DNA of 64,000 nt from Candidatus Poribacteria bacterium (GTDB lineage Bacteria > Poribacteria > WGA-4E > WGA-3G): the NCBI GenBank assembly GCA_965205025.1, contig CBDBFU010000015.1, positions 352,001 to 416,000 of the forward strand, written 5' to 3'. Positions 10,863 through 20,863 of this stretch are shown here, in pieces. The notes beneath the pieces are model-generated. The model had not been told where the DNA came from and searched no databases. It was given only the letters and a program-made list of their open reading frames with translations. Positions within the stretch are counted from its first letter, which is position 1, and each line of letters starts with the position of its first letter. The translations under genes and the position numbers were made by a program.

Positions 10863-13349
10863 TTAACGGTTGAATAGAAATGCGGGACTGTTGAGTAATG
10901 CCCACATCAGATCTTGCGCACCTTCCTCTTTTGATTCGGCTTTTGCAAGAAATTCTACCGCTGTCGCATATTCAGTTTTCTGTGGTAACCGGGCAAATGT
11001 TGCAAGATACAACTCCTCAACCAAAGTACGATCATCTTTTTTGTCTTTGATGAGTTGTGCAATTCGTCCATTTGGATCAATAATTGCATCCGCAACAGTC
11101 GGACCGTTAATTAGGTTCATGGCGTGTGCTAAACTAACTTCAGTTGTCCGTTCACATTCACACGAACTTTCCCGTTCAGGACGACCAAACAATTTTAGAA
11201 AACCGTCATCCTTAACTTGACTGTCCGGTAATTGTACTGCACGAAAACTTTTCGGCACACCTTGAAACTTAGGTTGACTTCCAGTAGCAACACCAATCGC
11301 ATCCAACAATTGTTCTGCTGTCAAACGACGGGCAGTTGCGTGTGAGAAATTAATACTATCAGATTTATTCCACTTATTCGTTTTAATACTCTGTTGATAT
11401 GTGCGAGATTTGGCAATAGTCTTCATGATATGTCTAATATCAAAACTATTTTCCACGAAATCTTTGGTTAAGGCATCAAGTAATTCAGGATTGCTGGGTG
11501 GATTACTCGTACGGATATCATCCACAGGTTCAATAATACCGCGTCCCATGAAATAACTCCATATACGATTTACACCTGCTTTAGCGAACATTGGATTTTC
11601 TGCAGATGTTAACCATTCAGCAAATGATTCACGCCTATCCTGAGCTTCCTCTTTGATTTCTCCGAATGGTACTGAGGCTTCAACAACTGCTAATGTCCTT
11701 GGGTGTTTGACTGGTGTCGGATTGAAACTTGTATATACAATCTCTTCACCAGGTAATCGGCCATTTTTCAATTGGACATCGGCAAAAAACGCACCCAATT
11801 CGTAGTATTGATTTTGTGTCCATACTTCAAATGGATGGTCATGACATTTATTACATGAGAATCGTACACCAAGGAATAACTGTGTTGTGTTTTCCACTGC
11901 AGCCGTATATTCACGGGACACACGGAAATAACTTGCAGCAGGATTGGAATATGCGCTACCGGTTGCGGTAATCAAGTCATATACAAACTCGTTATATGGA
12001 CGATTTTCAGTAATTTCGTCATGTAACCACTGTTGGAATAACCACATTCCGCGTTCACCGAGGAACTTACGGTTTGACTGTAAAAGGTCTCCCCATTTAT
12101 GTGTCCAATGGTCAACATATTCTGTTGTTTCTACCAATGAATCAATAAGTTTTTCCCGCTTATTCTTAGATGCGGTTGTATCCATCAAGAAATTACGTAC
12201 CTGTTCAGGAGTAGGTGGGAGTCCTGTCATATCAAAATAGATACGACGTACAAATTCTTCATCCGTACAAAGTTCAGCAGGTAAGATTTTTAGTCGTTTC
12301 AGTTTGTTGTGAACATGTGTATCAATATAGTTATACACAGATGTTTCTGCCCACTCGAAACCACTTCTATCTCCCATTACGATAATACCATTTGTACTGT
12401 ATGCACCTTCATAACGGGTTAATATGGCAGTCTCACCTCTACGTTCAGCTGTTACAACACCATCGTCTGTCACTTTAGCAACATCATTTAAACTACTGGT
12501 GAACTTTGCTTCACGGGTCACATCACGGGTCGAACCATCAGCATAGTGTGCGATTACCAACATCTGTTGTTTGTATCCTGGCATTGATAGTTCAGCTGAA
12601 TCAGGTATAACCTCTAACCTTTCAACACGTTTTGTTTTTCCTACATCGGAAACCACCCCTTCACTTATCCACTGGTGGATGAGTTTATAATCACGTGAAT
12701 CAGGTTTAATTACCTGACCCCCTTTATGTGGCACCTCTGATGTCGGCTTGAGTAACATTAAACTCTGTTCAGGGAATGCACGGTTAAATCTTCTTCCTGT
12801 AATGTCTTCAATGAGTAGTTCATAATCGAAATCCGGATCATATCCACGAAGAGATAGTTTAAATCCGTTTTTACCTTTTGCAGAACCATGACAGGTACCG
12901 TTGTTACAACCTGCATGACTCAAAACCGGCATAACATCGCGTACAAAACTCACCGGCGATGCATCAATACTCTTGACTGTTACAGGCAATTCGGTGGTAA
13001 TATTCTTCACCGAGACGGTAATACTGGATGAACCTACTTCTTCTGGAAAGATATAACCATCTTCATGGATCTTAATGCCAGTAGAAGGTTTTAGTTCTGC
13101 CCATGTCGTCACATCAACCCAATTACCATCTTTTGTTTGACCGGATACAAGAATCCGGCGTCCATCTCGTGCATGTTCTAACGTTAATGATTCTGGATGA
13201 ACCTTCAATGCTGTTATTTCTGGTACATCTACACTTTGAACATTCTCCTCCATCTGAGTGATGCCTACGTTAGCATTTATCAAACAAAAAAAGAACACAA
13301 CAAGTAGTGTAGTTGCCAAATTATAACTGAGTTTCACATTAACCTCCAA
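10863..13349 (-). CDS. DUF1549/DUF1553 (PSD1) protein with Ig-like domains
   Basis: SFVRDVMPVLSHAGCNNGTCHG, GFKLSLRG, CNKCHDHPFE, GRGIIEPVDD, FGRPERESSCECER, DLMWALLNSPAFLFNR. Confidence 0.92.
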   Translation of the reverse strand: MEVNVKLSYNLATTLLVVFFFCLINANVGITQMEENVQSVDVPEITALKVHPESLTLEHARDGRRILVSGQTKDGNWVDVTTWAELKPSTGIKIHEDGYIFPEEVGSSSITVSVKNITTELPVTVKSIDASPVSFVRDVMPVLSHAGCNNGTCHGSAKGKNGFKLSLRGYDPDFDYELLIEDITGRRFNRAFPEQSLMLLKPTSEVPHKGGQVIKPDSRDYKLIHQWISEGVVSDVGKTKRVERLEVIPDSAELSMPGYKQQMLVIAHYADGSTRDVTREAKFTSSLNDVAKVTDDGVVTAERRGETAILTRYEGAYSTNGIIVMGDRSGFEWAETSVYNYIDTHVHNKLKRLKILPAELCTDEEFVRRIYFDMTGLPPTPEQVRNFLMDTTASKNKREKLIDSLVETTEYVDHWTHKWGDLLQSNRKFLGERGMWLFQQWLHDEITENRPYNEFVYDLITATGSAYSNPAASYFRVSREYTAAVENTTQLFLGVRFSCNKCHDHPFEVWTQNQYYELGAFFADVQLKNGRLPGEEIVYTSFNPTPVKHPRTLAVVEASVPFGEIKEEAQDRRESFAEWLTSAENPMFAKAGVNRIWSYFMGRGIIEPVDDIRTSNPPSNPELLDALTKDFVENSFDIRHIMKTIAKSRTYQQSIKTNKWNKSDSINFSHATARRLTAEQLLDAIGVATGSQPKFQGVPKSFRAVQLPDSQVKDDGFLKLFGRPERESSCECERTTEVSLAHAMNLINGPTVADAIIDPNGRIAQLIKDKKDDRTLVEELYLATFARLPQKTEYATAVEFLAKAESKEEGAQDLMWALLNSPAFLFNR

Positions 13350-13392
13350 GTGTGATATGAAACTGAATGTGTGTAATATCCGCTTAAAATAT

Positions 13393-14211
13393 CTACCTTT
13401 CGTTCTTTAACTTACCCCATACAATCGGTAACTTACCGTGTGAGGAAACATCTAAATATTCTGATTCACTCGCTAACCAGTTAATAATATTTTCTGTCAC
13501 TTGATGCAAATTATCTATACTCTCATTATTCTTATGATAGTTGGGAAGACGCCAATTCAAATTAAAAACTTTTCCGTTCCCAGCTTTCCAATATCCAAAA
13601 GCAGCGATTCTATCTGTATAATTTATCCCACCTTCCCAAGCATGTGCCATTGTAGTGAAATTCTTCCATAGCTTATCGTAATAGTCACCACTCTTAGGAA
13701 AACCTGTAGAATTCAGCTGTACTCTATCATTAATTGCTGGATCTTTTCCGTCTACGTTTTTAAGTCCTTCAATCAATCCACTATCAATAGTTTCTTTTAA
13801 AACATTTATACCGACATTACTTCCATCATCCACAATAGGACCAAAGGCTCTGGGTTGTGCATCTTCAAGACCCAGAGGAGTAGCATAACTAAAAGCCTTA
13901 CCTGTTAATAGAAATGCACCACCACTTTCTACATATTCTAAGATTGCATCAAGCTGTGCATTAGACAATGCACCTGGATCGGAATCTCCATCATTCCACC
14001 AGACGACTGCATATTTCTTAAATGTAGCACTATTTATCTCAGCTTTTCCCAATTCCGTTGTGCTAAAGGTGTCTTTAGCAAATTCCAGTGAAGGTTTTGT
14101 AAAATCTCCTAAGTCACCAAGGCGAAGAAAACCTAATTCCAATTGAGCATCTACTGAATTTAAACCACATATTAATAATATAGTCAAGGATAATAGCAGT
14201 ATACGATACAT
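13393..14211 (-). CDS. Secreted protein, possibly GATase1/ThuA-like fold, with Poribacteria-type C-terminal tail
   Basis: Signal peptide; 'YVESGGAFLLTG'; ends DVSSHGKLPIVWGKLKNER. Confidence 0.55.
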   Translation of the reverse strand: MYRILLLSLTILLICGLNSVDAQLELGFLRLGDLGDFTKPSLEFAKDTFSTTELGKAEINSATFKKYAVVWWNDGDSDPGALSNAQLDAILEYVESGGAFLLTGKAFSYATPLGLEDAQPRAFGPIVDDGSNVGINVLKETIDSGLIEGLKNVDGKDPAINDRVQLNSTGFPKSGDYYDKLWKNFTTMAHAWEGGINYTDRIAAFGYWKAGNGKVFNLNWRLPNYHKNNESIDNLHQVTENIINWLASESEYLDVSSHGKLPIVWGKLKNER

Positions 14212-14561
14212 TTTTCCCCCTAATTATACACTAATTAGAATGTATAGTGTATAAATTTGGTATCTTGATTGAATGTATTACCTCTTATTGAAATATTTCA
14301 GAAACCGATGTTCTCACAACTATGATGGTCAAGATTGTGATGTTTGCATCATCTATGTCCCAACCATCATCTTTAATTTATCTGATCTTGTTCCTATCTT
14401 TTTAAAAGATTATCTCTAATTATCACACTTTATTCAATACAATGCAATAAAATTAAGTATATAGTTGGCTAATTACTCCAACTAATTAACGTGAGTTCAC
14501 TGTAAAATTGAGAATCTATATGAATTCTTGTTGTTTCTCTCTTTTTCATCCTTGATGAACT

Positions 14562-16014
14562 CTACATTGGACCGACTCGTTCGGGACCTTTATCCATAGC
14601 AAACATAGAGGTATCAAAACTTCTTTTTAACAAATCTAATTTCGTGCCTTGCATTTCTTGCACATGCCACAAGTTGTTAAATTCATGAGGATCATCAATT
14701 AAATCGTATAGTTCACCTTCTTCATGTCCATGATATGTTACTATCTTATAACGTTTATCCCTAAACATAGTTGCGAAGGAATGGTTCCGCATCCCGAGTG
14801 CATCATAAAACTCACACCGAACAGATGATCGATGTTGATCCGGATCTACTTCCCCTTGAAGGATAGGTAATAATGACCGACCATGCATTTCTGTTGGAAC
14901 TGGTAAGCCAACTAATTCTAATATTGTCGGAACCTTATCTACAAGTTCTACCAAAGCATCACTTTTTAATCCACTTTCGAAACGCGTTGGACACGAAAAA
15001 ATCAACGGCACACGCACTAACCCTTCATAGAATCGACATCCTTTTTGAATTAGTCCATGGTCACCAAGCATCTCGCCATGATCACTTGTAAATATGATAA
15101 CAGTGTTTTCACGTTCTCCCGTTTCATTCAAGACATCTAATATCCTACCCATCTGGTCATCAATTAGTTTTATCATTGCATAGTATGCAGCAATTAATGT
15201 CTTTGCATCTCTTGCTCCAACCGTTTGATCAGGTTTTCTATTCGGTGAGTGGGGTAGTATAGGACTTCGAATATCCAATTCATCTGGTGTTCGGACTTTC
15301 GACTGAAAATCTATATCTGTTAACTTACGTTGTTGTTCTAAATCACTCTCCTTAAAAAAGTGGTTCTGGCATATCATCGGGATTAAATTGTTCTCTATAA
15401 AACTGTGGTGGATTAAATGGTGGATGCGGATCATAAATATTGACACTCGCAAGCCACGGTCCTTCACGTTTTTCACGAATAAACTCAATAGTCTTCTCAG
15501 CACACCATGTCGTCTGGTGTAATTCTGTAGGCACACCTTCTGGATTTTGTGTTAATTCACCGAGAATAGCACCTTTTGTACGAACCCAATCCGCATAGTC
15601 ATGACCTATTTTCCAATCATCTCTCGGTGCATGGCTATAGTGCCAATATCTATATCCGTCATTGACCCGTGGTTCAATCCTACGGAATGCACTTGCTAAA
15701 TGTAATTTGCCAATCAAACCACAGTCATATCCATTATCAGCAAGTGTCTTGGTTACAAGTGGATATGTCTCTGGATAAAAGTCGTTGCCATTACCATTAA
15801 CATGTGTCGCACTTGGATACATACCTGTTAAGAAACTTGACCGACTCGGCGTACATATAGGACTTTGACAATACGCGTGTGTAAATGCTACTCCTTCTTC
15901 AACTAAACTATCAATGTTTGGTGTTGAAACATACGGATTGCCAAGAGCGGCTATTGTGTCATAACGCTGTTGATCAGTACATATCCAAAGGATATTTGGC
16001 TTTTCAACAGACAT
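14562..16014 (-). CDS. Formylglycine-dependent sulfatase, frameshifted at ~15355
   Basis: KPNILWICTDQQR, CTPSR, GKLHL, YDPHPPF in the 5' ORF; SDHGEMLGDHG in the 3' ORF; joined by removing one T from CTTTTTTAAG (~483 aa). Confidence 0.88.
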
Positions 16015-16035
16015 ATATTTAACTCTCTTGTGGAA

Positions 16036-17634
16036 TTACTTTTTAGTTGCTGTAAATCCAGCTGTTTTTATGACTTTTGTCAATTCTTCAACAGATAAAG
16101 TGTCTTTCCGTACTTTAACGGTAGCAACATCGGGTAGAGAGACTTCAGCACTAATTACATTCTGATTTTTTGTAAGTGCATCCTGCACTTTTGCAACACA
16201 AGCTCCTCACGTCATACCTGATACGGCTAATGTGATATCCATACTTGCAGTTGTCTCTATCGGGACAGACATGAATATATTTAACTGTTGACCGGAAATT
16301 GCATCGAATACACGAACTTTTCCATCAAAACCACCGGCTGCAATTTGATTACCATCAGGACTAAATGCAACTGCGAATACACTCACAGTATCACCGGGCA
16401 ATGTAAGAAGTTTTTTGCCATCAACAACATTATATATACGTACTTCACCTGCAGAACTTCCAGTAGCAAATTTACTCCCGTCTGCAGAGAATGCGACTGT
16501 GTCAATGGATCCACCTTGTGGTTCGTATGCTTTAATCAGATTAAAATCGGTATTTCCAACATCTCTACGGGTTTCACGGAACATCTTATATAGACGTGGA
16601 ACTCGGTCTTCGCCGACACTCATGACCTGATCAGCATTTGGATGCCGTGCTATTGCGTTTATCTCTCCATAACCTTTATTACTTGAATTGACATCGTCTA
16701 CAAACGAACCTGTATCTACCTCAACCAATTTAAGTGCCGTATCTCGACTGCAACTTACAAAATGTGAACCGTCTTTAGAAAATACAGTGCCAAACACCCA
16801 GTCTCCATGGTTATCAAATTTAACGATTTCCTTCTCATCAGCAATAGTTATTACACGGACAGTATTATCAGAACACCCAAAAGCAACCTTACTGGCATCT
16901 GAAGAGATGGAGAGTCCATATATTGTGTCATAGGTTGAACGGATGTTTTTAATGAGTTTATTTGTTTCCGTATCCCACAATTGGACTTCACCAAATTGTG
17001 CTGGAGAACCACCTGCTACACCAATTGTCTTGCCATCCATTGTATAGACTATAGATTGGATTCGTCGGGCATTACCTACTAATCGTGCTTTTACTGCATA
17101 ATTCGTAGTATCATATAGTAAGACTTCACTAACACCTGAAATAGCGAGTGTATTACCATCGGGTGAATAAGCCATCGCAGATACAACTGGGGGTACAGTG
17201 TAACTCGGATAGTTTGTTTCACCGGTATTATCTACTTCTTCAGGGGTATCATCGTTAGCCCCTTCAAGAATCCAACGTTTAAAAAGTGCTACCTCTTCAG
17301 CAGTAAGGGGTTCTTGGTTTTGAGGCATTGCTGGCGGATCACCTGAAATAAGTTCTATTATCAAACTTTCATCTGGTTTTCCAGGAATGATTGCTTCTCC
17401 TGCCATCCCACCACGTTTTAACTCCTCATAAGTAGTAACAATTAGATCAGCATTTGGATCACCAGGATGATGACATCCTTGACAACTTCTTTTTAGAATA
17501 GGAAAAATCTGTTTATGGAAACTTACGGGTTCTTGTTTACCATGATTGTCGGCAAATACAAATGGACTTCCTAAAACAAACAGAAGAAGACATATTGTAA
17601 TTAAAAACTGAACCCTAAATTCTGATGATTTCAT
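16036..17634 (-). CDS. Predicted selenoprotein: signal peptide + planctomycete cytochrome c + WD40 propeller + C-terminal HMA domain (Sec at UGA 16207-16209)
   Basis: CQGCH heme motif; WD40 repeats; in-frame continuation past TGA: TLAVSGMT-U-GACVAKVQDALTKNQNVISAEVSL...IKTAGFTATKK to TAA at 16036. Confidence 0.82.
16170..16201 (-). promoter_or_regulatory. Bacterial SECIS-like hairpin
   Basis: AAGUGCA-GGA-UGCACUU stem-loop, first loop G 24 nt after the UGA; possible lower stem UUGU/ACAA. Confidence 0.7.
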
Positions 17635-17855
17635 ATTGTTGAAACTCCCTACCTTCCAGTTCTGGAGACAATTAAAACTGTAATATTCACCATAAGTCGC
17701 TATCTTATATTTTTAATAATTATATCATAATTCGGTAAAAATTCAATTAAAACCGTCAGTTTTAAGGTTTTTGGCAACAAATTCTACGTGTAATCAACAA
17801 TCATTGAATGTCATAAGCGAGTGTCCGAAACATCGGTTGCGTCCGACACTACTTC

Positions 17856-17885
17856 TGTAGGAGCGACCTCCTGATCGCTCCTACA
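17856..17885. repeat. GTAG-type REP-like palindrome
   Basis: TGTAGGAGCGA-N8-TCGCTCCTACA perfect inverted repeat. Confidence 0.75.
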
Positions 17886-17951
17886 AGTAAAGTGTCTATA
17901 AATCTAAAGTTTATTATATGTTAGATGTATGAATAATGTGAATGGAAAAAG

Positions 17952-18080
17952 TGTTAATATTTATTGTTCTGAGATGATTACGCTTTCACGGAAACCTTCA
18001 CGGAGCAATTTTACGAAACCTTATTCTATAAGGGTTTAAAATTTAATAACCCTAATTCTCCGTGAATCACATATGTTAAT
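17952..18080. repeat. ~130-bp dispersed intergenic element, copy 1 (inverted copy at 23977-24106)
   Basis: Shares CTTTCACGGAAACCTTCACGGAGCA, CCTTATTCTATAAGGGTT and TCCGTGAATCACATA with the reverse complement of 23977-24106. Confidence 0.85.
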
Positions 18081-18125
18081 ATTTATATAACTTATATAAA
18101 TGGATGCATCTTTGGTTTCATCTGA

Positions 18126-18224
18126 TACCATTTTTATAGATGTTTATCCCATGAACAGTTGATATAATACGGGACTTGAAATACTGCACAAAACTGAAAG
18201 TTTATAATACATTTAGAATTGGTA
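18126..18224. mobile_element. Diverged MITE-like element related to 25920-26032
   Basis: Ends TACCATTTTTA / TAGAATTGGTA; internal CACAAAACTGAAAGTTT shared. Confidence 0.6.
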
Positions 18225-18457
18225 TTAGGAACATTTTATGTGGTATTATTGTATTTAGTTTCTTTTATGGGTTGTAGCAACACCGATGCAGAGACCATGG
18301 ACACAAGGAATTGTGGACGATCTACACACGCTTGATATAATTATTTTGTATACGTTATCTGAGAGTCGTGAGTATCAAGCTGCTGTAAAGAGGTAGAACT
18401 TGACGATGAGAATGTGAAGGAAGCCGTGCAGCGTTTTTCAAAAAATGATGGAATGTC

Positions 18458-19096
18458 TTGTTGGAACACCGATCAAAGTTTATACAACCAGAAATATGTT
18501 TAAGGATGATTATGATACCAAAAAACACATACTATTTGATTGCTTACTTCATATTACATATAGCTATATTTAGCGGTTGTTCAGCTATACCAAAATACGA
18601 TATAGGTGAAGTCATAGAAGTATTTGTAGATGATCCAGACAAAATGCATGACGTTCTCTTTGATTCTATCAAACATAAAGGCAACAATATTAAAATAATG
18701 ACTGCCGAACCCCCAGTGGTAGACTACATATCGGCAACTGGGAATACCTATATTAAGCTAAGGATACTAAGAAAATTAGACGATCCTGTCTATGACTACG
18801 AGGCATTATACCCTCATACCGATTATAAAGAATACGAAATTGGTGAAGTGCTTATAGGTCTCCTTAGAGGTAGAGAGTATCATAAAGCTCGTTTTAAAAG
18901 TGTAACAGAACACAGATTTGTACAACGTGACGGTAATATCATCAAATTAATATTCAACGAGCCCACAATGACGCATTTAGTGACCACACACAGTAGATTT
19001 GAAGCAACTAAGATAAGAATAAAGATTCTCAAGAAAGTAAAAAACAAAAACTACGACTATGAAGCACTATACATCAAAACTTTAGGAAGATACTGA
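18458..19096 (+). CDS. Hypothetical lipoprotein with two internal repeats
   Basis: Lipobox-like IFSGC; YxIGEV...IxILxK...YDYEALY occurs twice; true start probably a downstream ATG. Confidence 0.6.
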   Translation: MLEHRSKFIQPEICLRMIMIPKNTYYLIAYFILHIAIFSGCSAIPKYDIGEVIEVFVDDPDKMHDVLFDSIKHKGNNIKIMTAEPPVVDYISATGNTYIKLRILRKLDDPVYDYEALYPHTDYKEYEIGEVLIGLLRGREYHKARFKSVTEHRFVQRDGNIIKLIFNEPTMTHLVTTHSRFEATKIRIKILKKVKNKNYDYEALYIKTLGRY

Positions 19097-19268
19097 TTAC
19101 AAATCGAACATAAAGAATTATTTGTAATTATTATGTAACAAATTGTAGCATGATAAACGTATTTGTATAAATAAACCTATAATTTTTTGTTCACCGAATC
19201 AATTCCTTTTCATCTCAAGAATAGGCATGAATTATATGGAACACACATCATTCTGAGGAGGCTACTTT

Positions 19269-20258
19269 ATGGATCGAAACTTCAACATGATCACTATATT
19301 TACCATCTTTCTATTTACACTTATTGTGATAGGATGTCAAACAGATCAATCTGATAAAAGTACAAACTTAAATACAAGTCAAGCAGAAAAACTTAATGTC
19401 GTCGCAACAATCAGTATGATAACTGATATAGTGGAGAATGTGGGTGGTGACAGAATAAAAGTAACCGGTATTATTGGCGAAGGAGTAGACCCACATCTAT
19501 TTAAACCAACAGCAAGAGATACACAACGACTTCAAGATGCGGATATCATTTTTTACAACGGACTGCATCTTGAAGTGAGAATAACCGGGACAGTCCTTGA
19601 TAAAATGAAAGATAAATCCAAAGCAATTGCTGTCACTGATGGCATTGACAGATCACAACTTCGAGCAACTGAGGAATTCATAGGAGGTTATGATCCTCAT
19701 GTATGGCACGATGTGAGAATATGGATGAAAGCAACTGAGACAGTAAGGGATAAATTAGTTGAAGAAGATCCAAAGAATGCAGAATATTATCAAACGAACA
19801 CAAAAGAATATTTGACAAAGTTACAGAATCTACATAACGACCTACTTCGTCTTGTGTCTCACATACCTTTAGAAAAAAGAGTTTTGATAACAACACACGA
19901 CGCATTTGGTTACCTTGGGAAAGCCTACGGTTTTGAAGTACGTGGATTAATTGGAGTGAACACCGAAAATGAGGTGGGTATCGCAGATGTTACTGAGCTT
20001 GCATCCTTTATTATTAATCGCGGAATATCTACGATGTTCGTTGAATCATCCGCTGCACCACATGGTATAAAAGCCGTTCAAGCTGCTGTTCAAGCCAAAG
20101 GTTACAATGTAAAAATCGGTGGCTCTCTATACGCAGATGCAATGGGAACGCCAGGAACATCAGAAGGAACATATTTAGGCATGATGCGTTATAACGTTGA
20201 TCTCATTTCTAATTCACTACAAACCGAATTAGAATTGGCATATTTTGAGAAAGAATAA
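19269..20258 (+). CDS. Mn/Zn/Fe ABC substrate-binding lipoprotein (TroA/MntA family)
   Basis: GVDPHLFKP, NGLHLE, YDPHVW, THDAFGY, LYADAMG. Confidence 0.92.
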   Translation: MDRNFNMITIFTIFLFTLIVIGCQTDQSDKSTNLNTSQAEKLNVVATISMITDIVENVGGDRIKVTGIIGEGVDPHLFKPTARDTQRLQDADIIFYNGLHLEVRITGTVLDKMKDKSKAIAVTDGIDRSQLRATEEFIGGYDPHVWHDVRIWMKATETVRDKLVEEDPKNAEYYQTNTKEYLTKLQNLHNDLLRLVSHIPLEKRVLITTHDAFGYLGKAYGFEVRGLIGVNTENEVGIADVTELASFIINRGISTMFVESSAAPHGIKAVQAAVQAKGYNVKIGGSLYADAMGTPGTSEGTYLGMMRYNVDLISNSLQTELELAYFEKE

Positions 20259-20278
20259 ATAGAATATACGTGATCTTA

Positions 20279-20319
20279 ATCCACCGAATGAAGACATTTC
20301 ATTCGGTGGATATTTTTTT
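20279..20319 (+). terminator. Intrinsic terminator after the TroA-like gene
   Basis: ATCCACCGAATGAA / TTCATTCGGTGGAT followed by ATTTTTTT. Confidence 0.85.
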
Positions 20320-20571
20320 GCAACCTTTTTGTATTATCAACGTTTTAGTACGGAAATGTTCGATCCTTTTTAATAAAATATACAAGAAAATTAAATTGGC
20401 ATTCTTACTTAATACAACAGCAATATCCAAATATTCAAGAGAGAACAATCCATATAAATCCAACTGAAAGAATAGGTATAGTAAAATGATTAGTTATCTG
20501 ATGATATTCTTAATTATTAAGAACTTTACTGAAAAACTTGGTAGAAAGTAACATTTCCAAGTTTAACCTTG

Positions 20572-20611
20572 AAAACCCTATCTCCATCCATTGATTGGAG
20601 ATAGGGTTTTT
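20572..20611. terminator. Orphan, potentially bidirectional terminator-like hairpin
   Basis: AAAACCCTATCTCCA / TGGAGATAGGGTTTT. Confidence 0.65.
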
Positions 20612-20863
20612 GTATTACAGATTTGACAGTGTGGTTGGTATTATAAATCTAATTTAATGAGTTGTGCCACATAACTTATTGTTAATCATTCCTTCCACTC
20701 TTCTCTGTCTAATCTGCGATTTAGACAAATTTACTAACAACTAACAACTAATAACTAAAAACCGACAACTGATTGCTGAAAGCAGATAGCTAATTAACAC
20801 ATTTGCAAATTCCATCCCCATTAGGATATACTTAACACGAAAGACATAGAAGGAATACATCCA

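Noticed and set aside
16207-16209. Genome-wide UGA reassignment as the cause of the read-through
   Set aside because: Other genes end normally in TGA (29056, 35197, 54144), Trp is encoded by TGG, and this position corresponds to Cys.
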